The notes under the pieces were generated by a model. The model saw nothing but the letters and a program-made list of their open reading frames with translations, was not told the origin of the DNA and did no database searches. A stretch of DNA of 63,788 nt, filler included, from Octopus bimaculoides (Eukaryota), in the NCBI RefSeq assembly GCF_001194135.2. It is 7 parts of 5 records of this genome, joined end to end, with 100 filler letters (N's around TTAATTAATTAA, not from the genome) between each part and the next. Parts side by side here need not be neighbours in the genome. Positions count along the whole stretch, not along the records: positions 36,271 to 47,556 come from NC_068992.1; positions 47,657 to 59,927 come from NC_068991.1; 5 more parts are not named here. One strand, given 5' to 3'. Each line of letters starts with the position of its first letter. The stretch's first letter is position 1. Positions 41,946-53,397 of the stretch are shown one piece after another. Both the position numbers and the translations under genes were made by a program.

Positions 41946-44013
41946 AAATATAATTGAACGCATATAAATATGCAGTTCGTATTAAATTATTGTTTTGCGT
42001 AAAAGACTCCAGCCTTTGTTTTTGCTTGTTTTTCTTCCTTTTGAGATTTGGAGTCTTTGCTAATGAGAAATTTCAAATTTGAAGGGAGCTGAAGGGTTCT
42101 TTTATGCTGCTTAATAGAATCAGTCAAAATGCTGAAAACAGAAGCCAAAACTTTTGAAAATTTGTTGCTGTGTTGTTAAATGAAAGGAATATTGGATAAT
42201 ATAGTCAGAGGTGCACTATACCTCATAAAACCGGTGTGATGGTCACGAATTAAACGTCTTTGTTTATAAATCATTCGATTAAATGTTCCCAATGCTAGAT
42301 CTTATTCAAATTCCCTACAGAAACACCTCTTTTAAAATTATATTTTTATTCTATAAAATCTTATCTATGCAATTTATTTCCATACAAACCACAGTGAATT
42401 ATTAAAGTAAACAATATAAGCTATTGTCAAGTAAATATTCAAGTAAATTAAAAACGTTTATGTGGTTTATTCATTTTAAAAATTCCAATAACAAAACATT
42501 TTATTGCTGTTTCTTCTCTTCAGAACCTATTTTAAAGAACACAAAATATTGATGCAACCAGAAACATGCATGTTTAAGGAAATTACGATCTTTTCATTTT
42601 CACTTCCATTTTACTTCCCGATTCCTTTTACAATTCGACCTTTTGATTGTGAACGCTGGAAAGAACAAAAAAAAAAAAAATCGGGAACATTTACACATTT
42701 ACACTCTTACTCTCACGTTTTTAAATTTCTTTCTCACGCATATATACACACTTTTCTTCCTATCACGTTGTCGCTTTCTTCCTTTTCTATGGTGGGTTTG
42801 ATGGGGGAGGAGGAGATTCTCAATAAACTTTCCCATAACAAAGGGTATCATGTCGAAAACGAGGCTTTCTTTACCACGTTTCTTTTATTTCGTTTTAGAC
42901 TTTACAGAAAGAAGTGTAAAGATAAAAGTCTCCCTTGAATGTTGAATATAATTTCTGAACCAGCCAACACAATTCCCCTAACCCAGAGCATAAATTTTAA
43001 TTTGGCTTCGTAAAAGATAAGATGAATAAATAAAAAATTTAACAAAAAACCTTTTAAAGTATTTTTGTCAGATTATACCATTTTCCCTACGAGCCTAGAA
43101 AATTGCATTTTGGGTAATATGGGGATGATGATATTTTTGGAATATTTTATTTTATATAATTTGAACTCTATATTATGAAGAATTGAGAAGATATTAAAAA
43201 TAGGACGTCCTCCACTGGGACATTTTTGATTATACCAAGGCGTTAATATCATTTTATTGAAGGCTTGTTAGAAATTAATAGTTAGATTCGGGAGAAATTT
43301 ATGAATGGATACAAAATTTCACTTCATTTCCACTGTTCATTTGAACAACCATCACCACCACCATAGCCAACACCACCACCGCTACTACTACTACTGCATG
43401 CTTTCATGCACACACATAGACATTCAAATAGAAACAAAGTCATTGCTATTATCACAGTTACACACACGTATCTCCGTATTCACATGAAACTGAAGAGATT
43501 GAAAAATATTTTATAATCCATTGATTACCTGACATAGAGAAGAACTTGCGATGCAGGTAACAAAGACTTTTCTGGATAAATCATAAAGAACTGAATGGTT
43601 GTGCCCCAGGGTAAAGCTAGCTATAAGCAGATTAAGATTAGATGCCGATCTACCTTATAAATTCTATATATTCATCATTTAATATTAATATTGCGCATAT
43701 GCATATGTATAACAACAGTCGGAAAATATCGTGTTACAGCTTGTGTCAGATTGGGCATTAGATGAAAATAGGAGGCGTAATTGCTAATTAGATGTAATGG
43801 ATCAAATATATTTCATCTGGGGTCGTTGCAATTGTCGAATGCTCTAAAAACCATCATCTGTTAGTGACGTATTGTACTTTCGTGTATATGATCAGTTGAA
43901 CATTAGATACTGTTCACGTTGATGTGGATGGGTACTTATATGTATAAAAGCTCTGTTTGAATAAATATGAAATCAAGACATCGTCTTATACATGTTCTAG
44001 TTATAGTTCGGTA

Positions 44014-44200
44014 GATGCAGCGAGCTGGCACAATGCTTAGCGGCATTCTTTCCGGTTTAATGTTCTGTGTTCAAATGCGACCGAAATTAACTTTGCCTTT
44101 CGTCCTACCAAGGTTGATAAAATAAGAGCCAGCTGAGCGCTGGGATTGACGTAATGGATTAGCCCGCTCTCTTCAAATTTCTTGTGCTTATTGTAGGAAG
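44014..44200 (+). mobile_element. SINE family A, degenerate
   Basis: GCAGCGAGCTGGCA..TGCTTAGCGGCATT...GTTCAAAT...GCCTTTCGTCC. Confidence 0.75.
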
Positions 44201-45029
44201 ATTATCTCTAGTCCGGTGGACTGAATCAGTGGGAATTAACTAATTCATGTATGAACCAAGTTGTCCTCTTTTGAGTTGGCAGAACAAGATCATGCCATCT
44301 CCGACACTCTTAAACAAGGAATATCACCTCTTGCGCAAGTAGGCTAAGGTCATATAGCTTCTTAAGATAAGATGCTGTTTCTTGAGTTCTTTAGCAGTAG
44401 AGCAGGACCATAACGTTTCCGGAAATGGCAAGTCGAATCCTGAAGACTGTACTTGAGTGATGTACTTTCTAACGTAGTATTGGGTTGTTGCATATTTAAC
44501 GACTTTTTTAGTTTATTAATTATTAATTTTTAATTAAATTATAAAACGATCCTTGATTATGCACAAACCCTATAGTATAATGAATTGTGATAAGCATGTA
44601 AATTAGCAGCATAAAAAAAAAACATCTAAAACTGCAGACACCACACTCACAACACACACAATCACAACAAAAACAAGAAGAAGACCATCACCACTACAGC
44701 CAAGCAAACAAATTAACACCAACACAAAATATTCAACTTTGTACTGATCAGAAGAAAGAACGAGGAACTGATGGCCCTCGTAATACAAAACACGAAATTT
44801 GAAACAGGGTGGGGGGGGGTTTGGGCTGATATTCGAAACGAACCCATTTCGCGCCAGAAGATTTACTTCTGGCGCGAATGTTGTTCGATTCCTACACAAA
44901 AGTTCGAGAACGCTTTTCAGAGGACGTAGGAATCCCGAACGTGACACCCATATATATATATACATATATTCATATATATTCATATATGTCTGCATGAATG
45001 CGTACGTGCTTGCTGATGTGTGTGTGAGA

Positions 45030-45295
45030 TCGTAAGGTCATGAGCTCAATTCCCGGTAGCGCGTTGTGTCCTTGAGCAAGACACTTTATTTTACGTTGCT
45101 CCAGTCCACTCAGCTGGCAAACATGAGTCGTACCTGTATTTCAACGGGCCGGTCTTGTCACACTTAGTGTCACGCTGAATCTCCCTGAGAACTACGTTAG
45201 GGGTACACGTGTCTGTGGAGTGCTCAGCCACTTGCACGTTAATTTCACGAGCAAGCTGTTCCGTTGATCGTCATCGTCGTACACGACGGAGTGCT
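45030..45295 (+). mobile_element. SINE family C (long-tail form)
   Basis: GCGTTGTGTCCTTGAGCAAGACACTT (CORE-like) plus the same 3' body as 17351-17600. Confidence 0.85.
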
Positions 45296-45968
45296 CCTTT
45301 AAATATATTAAACAGTTTAAGTTGTGAAATCGAAATTTTACTATCCTATGTTAATTCGAAAGTAAATTACTATATACTTTGTAAAAGATATTAAAGAATT
45401 AAATCCGATTTCAGGAGTAATTTCACGGGTTCGGCAAATGTTATCTCAAATTGATTAAGTGTATTTTGATGTTATTTCACGAGCGTAAGAAATTGTCGTT
45501 GTGAAATGTTTATATCTGCTTTATACGTTTTAAAATCTACTGGCTGTGATAGGAAATCCTTCCTATTACCAGTAAAGCACGAAATTCAAAAGATTTTATT
45601 TTAAGAGAAAAAAAAGAAGCAAATTTTTAGCATTACTATAGATAAGTTTTGTGCAGTTTAGGATTTAAATAGAAAAATTATAATATTCGAAGCCGTTTTC
45701 ATTTCCACCCGCACAATCGCTTTCTTTATCACATTCTATCACTAAGTCTTTACATTTAAAATATATGCATACTTCCATCTGTATAAATATATATATGCAT
45801 GCATACGTCTACGTATGCTTGTACATAGATAAATAAACCTATAGAAACGAGCATACATATATTTATATATGTGGGCGTATATGTGTGTGTGCGTGCGTGT
45901 GTTCACGCGTGTAAGCGCGCCTCATACGTGAGTGTGTTTATGTGTATATATACATACACATATACATG

Positions 45969-46007
<39 letters not shown>

Positions 46008-46362
46008 GAATATCCATATATATACGTATGTATATAATATATATATGTATATATATATACATATATATATGTATGCATGTATATATATATATATTATATA
46101 TATGTGTATATGTATGTATGTATATGTATGTATGTATGTATGTATGTATATATGTCTGTATGTATGTTTGTAATGCACATGAATATTGTCCTGCGTGCAT
46201 ATCTGAATATTGTTTATTCGTCTTGATTGTGTGAATCATCCTTCAAATATCCTTTCCTTGACATTTTTACTTCGAAATATTTTTACGATGAATGAAACAG
46301 CGATCTGTTTATTGCTTTCTTCTTTTTTACTTTGGTTTCAACTTATTTATACTCCCCCCGCC

Positions 46363-46418
<56 letters not shown>

Positions 46419-47263
46419 CTATTGACTTTTAATGATCGCCATTAGGCTCTGAATAAACTAGGAAAATAAATAACGCTCATTATTCAATTTAGTACAAGAT
46501 TAAGGATGAAGATAATGAAATGACTCTTTCAAAGGCATATATACTATGAAATGCCCCGAGAACGCAATGTAGAACATATTCATTATTTTGAAGATATTTC
46601 TTTAAACAAAACAAAAAATTACTGAATGTCGTTAATCTGCATTCCCATCGTTTCTACGAAATATACACACTGAAAGGAAATATTGTACGCAGCAACGTCA
46701 GAGAAAGCACAGCGAAAATGAAACTGTAGCCCGCATGAGGACTTACACGTGCTGTAAATGTGTTTGCATGTGTAAGTGGCGGAGTGTTGAGTTATTTGTT
46801 CAGAAACCACTTTCGAATCCACGAAAATGCATTTTAATGGGCGATAAGCCTGTAAACATCCTCTGAGTTGAATTGGTAAAACTGTTAAAGCTTCGGAAGC
46901 GATTCCTTATATTTCTTGAGGCTTCTTGCCATCTGAAAGCAACGCCTTCTAGCACATTAGATCCAAGTTTAAAAAAAGGGCCTTGAGATGTCCTTGCAAA
47001 ATGAGACTGATGTTATATGCTTAAGAACATTGTTCTCTAAATTAATCTTGCCTGGTGGTATTTACCTTCATGAACGAAGACACAGAGGCCTCGTGGAAAG
47101 TACATACACAAACACATGTAGACAAATACACACTTGTGTATTTGTATGTGTATTCCTGCATGTATACATATATTTGTGCATGCATGAGTGTGTGTATGTG
47201 TGTGTATGTGTGTGTATGTATGTGTGTGAGTTAAGGAAACAAGGGAAGTTGTTTTTCTGCTGC

Positions 47264-47311
<48 letters not shown>

Positions 47312-47496
47312 GTCTATCTATCTATCTATCTAGCTATCTATCTATCTATTTGTATATCTATTTATCTATCTATTCGTATATAAATATATATGAGTGTATG
47401 TATGTGTGTGTGTGTTTGTGTGTGTGTATATATTGATATATATATATAGATATATACATATATACAGAAACACACGCACACACAAATACATATATC

Positions 47497-47556
<60 letters not shown>

Positions 47557-47659
47557 NNNNNNNNNNNNNNNNNNNNNNNNNNNNNNNNNNNNNNNNNNNN
47601 TTAATTAATTAANNNNNNNNNNNNNNNNNNNNNNNNNNNNNNNNNNNNNNNNNNNNACT

Positions 47660-47995
47660 ACATACATCAAGATCACCAGCATTCTATCTCCCACACACAG
47701 CCCCTCGTTCTTCGATCACCGTTTGTTATCTCCCCCTTTTCTTAGCTCTCCTGAAAAAAGAATTTCTAACTTCCGGTCAGTCATTGTTATGATCAGCCAT
47801 TATTATGATTGACCGTTGACTGGACACTATTCAATTTTTTTCTCCGTGTTTTTCTCCTTGTCTCCGTATTCTTTCTGTTGAAGAGCGTAGCTCGAAACGT
47901 CAAAGACTTTCCGTATTCCCGAGCGTCATACTAATACATCCTTTTGTTATTTACACCACCTGTCCTCGTCCGTTGTTGTTTTTTTGTATATTCTC
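47660..47995 (+). mobile_element. Probable Penelope-like pseudo-LTR fragment
   Basis: Pyrimidine/T-rich segment carrying a minimal hammerhead motif; similar architecture at 62200-62385. Confidence 0.55.
47870..47906 (+). ncRNA. Minimal type I hammerhead fold, variant core CUGUUGA
   Basis: UCUUU-CUGUUGA-A-GAGC(GUA)GCUC-GAAAC-GUC|AAAGA; helix I 5 bp, helix II 4 bp, loop-less helix III. Confidence 0.65.
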
Positions 47996-48390
47996 CCATA
48001 TATACACATATATATCTGTAAATAAAATGTGACGATTATTCAGTAGCCATGATAAAACTCCGAGTTTCGGATGCCAGGGTGGCATCATAGAAATATATGT
48101 GTGTGTGCGTATTTCTATGAGCATTTTATATATATGGATGTTTTGTATATATGCGCATTTACATGTGCGAGAATGTGTGCATGTATTTGTACAGAAAAAA
48201 ATATATGTCAGCGTGAATACTGATCAATGCTTCTATGTATGTGTATATACATGTGAACATGTGTCTATGTATATGTATATATACATATGCATAGGTGTAA
48301 GTATATGAATGTGTGACGATATTTTATGTATATATGATGATATGTACATGAATGTGTGTAAATGTATATAACTAATTGAGAATTTCCCGT

Positions 48391-48439
<49 letters not shown>

Positions 48440-48521
48440 ACTGTCCTTTATTATTATTTTTAATTTTTAATATTTCTAATGTTTTAATTAATATTATACA
48501 TATACTATTGGTTCTTAATTC

Positions 48522-48607
48522 ATCTCCGAAGAGCGGAATTACTGATACTATGTTGATCTTTTGATCACATTGTGATTATACTAATACCCGTGAAACGATC
48601 GTCAGAT
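48522..48607 (+). ncRNA. Type I hammerhead fold, variant core CCGAAGA
   Basis: AUCU-CCGAAGA-GCGG...(UGAUC-UUUU-GAUCA)...CCGU-GAAAC-GAUC-GUC|AGAU; helix III palindrome ACGAUCGU. Confidence 0.75.
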
Positions 48608-49978
48608 ATTTAATTCTTTAAATTTTAGGCTTTTTTATATTTTAGACTTTACAATATTCATGCTTAATTATGCAAAAAAAATTTATATACGCATTTATAT
48701 TCACATGTATCTTTATCTACATTCATATTTTGTATATTTATATTTTAAATTTATTATATTACCATGTCATATTGGATATATATCTTTAGAAATATTAAAT
48801 ATTGATTTCCTGAGAATATTATTGATAAGTTTATGAATTTATTAATAATATAAAAACACACACACACATANNNNNNNNNNNNNNNNNNNNNNNNNNNNNN
48901 NNNNNNNNNNNNNNNNNNNNNNNNNNNNNNNNNNNNNNNNNNNNNNNNNNNNNNNNNNNNNNNNNNNNNNNNNNNNNNNNNNNNNNNNNNNNNNNNNNNN
49001 NNNNNNNNNNNNNNNNNNNNNNNNNNNNNNNNNNNNNNNNNNNNNNNNNNNNNNNNNNNNNNNNNNNNNNNNNNNNNNNNNNNNNNNNNNNNNNNNNNNN
49101 NNNNNNNNNNNNNNNNNNNNNNNNNNNNNNNNNNNNNNNNNNNNNNNNNNNNNNNNNNNNNNNNNNNNNNNNNNNNNATCCCAAAACGAAGGTGCATGTG
49201 TGTGTGTGCATATGAGAATGTGTAAGTGTGTGTTTGTGTGTGTGTGTGTGTGGGTAGGGGCTAGTGACTTTGACGACTGGATGTGTCCACATGTAATGTG
49301 CGAGTGTGAAGATGATGGTGTGTGTGAGTGTGCAGATATAGATATATATATATATATATATGCACACATACATATATATATAAATAAATGTAGTTAAACG
49401 CAGGTGTTATTTTTTGCTGCCCTGGTAACTGTTTATTTATTTTTTCTGTGTTCATTGTAAACAAGGAAAAAATACACACAACCATATATATATATATATA
49501 TATATACATATATATGTACTTATATATATACACCTGTATACGCACACATACATATATATGTATATATAGACATTTATATATACATATATATACACACATG
49601 CAAATATATACATATAAACAAATATATACATATAAACAAATATACACAAATGCATAAACACATATGGCGTACAACTAATATGTGATCTTGTAAATTGTAT
49701 TTATCCAACGGTCTGTACTGACGAGAAACATATTTTCGGTAAGAAAGTATTAATTTGGAAACATATTTACAGATAATTGCATATATATATATATTATTTA
49801 TATTATTATTTGATTGAACGCCACGCATCCATTTCCAAGTGTGTGTGTATATATATATAATTTAGATTCAAGGTGATGGTACTTATGTTTAGGCACCAGA
49901 ATTAAGTATGGTGTTATCCATACAATTTCAAAATTAGGTGATTAAAATCAAAATAAGCAACAAAGATATCCAAAGTTA

Positions 49979-50068
49979 ATGCAGTACGATCGTTTCATGC
50001 GACTCCACTTATTTAAGCAATGTGAACATTACATCAAATGTAAAATGCAGAGCAATTCTCAGCTTCAC
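49979..50068 (-). ncRNA. Degenerate type I hammerhead fold, core CUGAGAA, enclosed by a 30-bp inverted repeat
   Basis: Minus strand: GUGAAG-CUGAGAA-UUGC...GCAU-GAAAC-GAUC-GUA|CUGCAU; flanking inverted repeat 49947-49976 / 50079-50108 (28 of 30 match). Confidence 0.6.
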
Positions 50069-50107
50069 AAAGACAAAGACTTTGGATATTCTTGTTGCTT
50101 ATTTTGA

Positions 50108-50442
50108 TCAGTACCGCCTGACTAGCCTTCGTAGGATTTTCGAGCAAGATCGTTGCCAGTGCCCCTGGACTGGCTCTTGTGCGGGTGGCACATAAAATAC
50201 ACCATTTTGAGCGTGGCCGTTGCCAGTACCGCCTGACTGGCCTTCGTGCGGGTGACACGTAAAAGCACCCACTACACTCTCTGAGTGGTTGGCGTTAGGA
50301 AGGGCATCCAGCTGTAGAAACCTGCCAAATCAGATTGGAGCCTGGTGTTGCCATCCGGTTTCACCAGTCCCCAGTCAAATCGTCCAACCCATGCTATCAT
50401 GGAAAGCGGACGTTAAACGATAATGATGATGATGATGATGAT
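50108..50442 (+). mobile_element. SINE family D 3' part with an internal duplication and a (GAT)n tail
   Basis: CCAGTACCGCCTGACTGGCC repeated; GGTTGGCGTTAGGAAGGGCATCCAGC central motif; ...ATGGAAAGCGGACGTTAAAC(GAT)n. Confidence 0.75.
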
Positions 50443-52894
50443 CTATTCTAAGTTTTGGTGAAATAGAAGAGGTTAGAAAGGTCAAGTGGCAAAAACATTC
50501 TTCTTCTTAGCGAAGGCATCTGGTAAATGTAACTGCTGTCACTCACAGAAAAGCTATTGTTTTACCATGAGAAAAGGGCTGTTGAACTGTTAAGTGAAAT
50601 TTGGTGATTGAGGATTGAATCTATACTATGCCTGAATGAAGCCACTACATCACTCCCCCTCCAGAGAGGTTCCGAGAAAAGGAAACAAACGATCGAGGAA
50701 GAGAAAGAAATGCATGGCTGAGGAAAAATTTTCATATCAGGAGAGAGGATCATTGAAGTGACATATTTATTCAAATGAGTCTGAATAGTAGTGTCGCTTT
50801 TTGTGCCAGAATGTGCAATCAGTGCTTGGGCAGTATGGAAAATGAGTTAGCGTGTGTGTGATGGTGTATACACAAGTGCCGGTGCACGTATCAAAATTCA
50901 CTGTAAAATATGCTCAGGTGAGCAAGTGAGTGTATTCTCAATCAATGATATCGAAGATCTTCCTGCAGCATTGCAGTGTGTGAAATGCCTTGAAGGTTTT
51001 TCAGAAGTGAATTGTGTCTGGCGCTGTTGCCGTGGGTAATTGCTGAGGTTAGCACGGACGACGGTGTAGCATGCTGGAGTGATGCGTGAGACAGGTAATT
51101 TTCTCTATTTATTACGTGTCCAAAGAGGTATAACAGAGGGAAATTATGTCTAACATGAGCACAGAGAGCATGTGAACATCTGTCGTGCATCGAGTCAGGA
51201 AAAAAGCTGAGCTGAGCTGGCACAGACGTGTTGAAAAACAAGGTAGTAGAAGCATAGGCATAATAGAGTTGCGTGAGCATGTGTACAAAAGGGCTTGCAA
51301 GGCTGAAGCAGTAATGCTAGTGCAGCGATTACAAAACAGTGTTGAATATGCCAGCCAATGCATGAGGTATTAAATGCCTTGAAATGTGCAAGAGCAGAAG
51401 CGTGGCATGCTGGCGCGTTGTAAGGGACAAACAACTTTCTCTATGTGTACGTGACTGACCTAGGGTTTTACAGAGGCGAGTTGTGTCTACAAGGGCGCAG
51501 GGAGCATGAAAAACAAGCGAGAAAGGCATGGTGTTGTGCATGAATGTGACAGTGTCAATATGCATGTGGGCATGAACAATGTGTGCAGATGCGTGCGCAA
51601 GGCCAGGTGCTGAGGAAAGGTGCATGCGTGTGTGTATGTAACAATATAAACATTTTCAAATTGAACGCAAAAAAAGTACATGCAAATATGAATAATAATA
51701 AAGAACATTCAAAAAGATATGCACATCAGTTTTAGTGAAACGAGTCGTCGCGGAATCTGTGCATCGTGGATTATATGCTTCACGGAATATATGCATCGTG
51801 GAATGTGTGCATCGCGGAATGTGTGCATCGTGGAATATGTGCATGAAAGTGAGCAGTGCAAAAAGAACAGAATAAAATGAGCAAAAATGACAAACTTAGA
51901 TGAAAATAGTGTCCTTTGTTAAAAGTCTGCTGCTGAAAGCGAAAAGATGTGCATGCAAAGGAAAAGAGTTGTTGAAAGTCTATGTGAGAGTTTTAGATAC
52001 ATGCAAAAGTTCGTAGATAATGCAGGGTCTGTACGTCAGGACGAGATGAAAAGTGTGTGTGTGCCGAAAAGGTTGCATGTGCAGGCTTCCATATTTTCTT
52101 CCAGTTAGTTTCTTGAGTGGCCAACTCAGCTATCAAAATGTTGCGCTTATAGGCTTTCATGGTCGGCGAATTCCTTGTGTGTCGGCAGTGTTGCATTGTT
52201 GTGAAGTGTATCGTAGGTTGCATCGCAGTATAATGCTTTCTGTTACGCGTACTGTAACAAGTGGAACGAAGGTGCATCTTGGTGGTGACAAAGTTTGTCA
52301 TTCTTTTCCTCTGCTTTAGCGAATGCTGATATGAAGACTGTAGTTCTTTAGTTCGAAGTCAGCAAAATGCAGCCGCATATAGCATCAGAAGGTAGCAATT
52401 CTTTTTAGACGGGGTCACCAGCGTAATCGATGGCTGTGACAACTGTTCCTGTGAAAGTGAAGGCGAAGGCAAAGATGAAGGCTGCAATTCTTTAACTCGG
52501 GGTCATCAATTTGTAGTGGTAAGTATTCGTTCCAGTCGAGGGTCACCAATTGTAACGGTTAAACAATAATTGATAAGCAATAGGAAGGAACGTCGGAGTC
52601 GTCACCAATTTATAACGGTTGGTACGTCGTTGCAGTCGAGGGTCACCAAATGCAACGGTTGTTGTTCGTTAGTTGTACCTGTTATCTCTATTCTAACTTT
52701 TGATGAAATAGAAGAGGTTAGAAAGGTCAAGTGGCAAAAACATTCTTCTTCTTAGCGAAGGCATCTGGTAAATGTAACTGTTGTCACTCACAGAAAAACT
52801 ATTGTTTTACCGTGAGAAAAGTGCTGTTGAACTGTTAAGTGAAATTTGGCATTTGAGGATCGAATCCATACTATGCCTGCATGAAGCCACTACA
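50443..52894 (-). mobile_element. Internally deleted Ty3/Gypsy LTR retrotransposon (CsRn1-like)
   Basis: LTR segments 52688-52894 and 50443-50649 have about 12 differences in 207 bp, and both start TGTAGTGG on the minus strand. PPT TGGAGGGGGAGTGA (50650-50663) abuts the 3' LTR. tRNA-Trp-type PBS motifs at 52410-52660. Integrase relics HAHMHIDTV, ISRHLIP and a terminal LWRGSDV. Confidence 0.8.
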
Positions 52895-53397
52895 TATATG
52901 TATGTATATATANNNNNNNNNNNNNNNNNNNNNNNNNNNNNNNNNNNNNNNNNNNNNNNNNNNATAAATTCTTGTAAAAGAGTTCATTCTATTATTGAAT
53001 TTAAATATATATCCAGAATATATTCAATGCTGAATTTATTCTGAGAAAAAAAAAACACATGTACCGAGATGCAATTCGAAATTCCCGCCACTTACATAGG
53101 TAAATAGCGATAAACAGTCTTCTATGTACTATGCTGGATACATGGTGTTCGTTTGGTATGTTGATATTCTGTTTACTTCTATTTATCTTGACCATATTAT
53201 ACTGAAGAGTAGAGGTTGTATAATACTACAATAACTACGAAATCATGATCTATAATTTAGTCTGTTTTTAAAGGGCTGGCTTTGAGAGTTGCATTTCCAC
53301 GCGTTCGGTAAAAATGTGTTTTTTATGGTAGTCTGACTTTAGAGTCCCTCATAGCGTGAGGCATTATTGTATAGTAATGCCCTTATATATATATATA

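Noticed and set aside
52410-52660. Repeat-spacer look of the PBS array (and of the 30-bp repeat at 6021) suggesting CRISPR
   Set aside because: Eukaryotic context, irregular degenerate units, no cas genes; explained by LTR/PBS biology and a minisatellite
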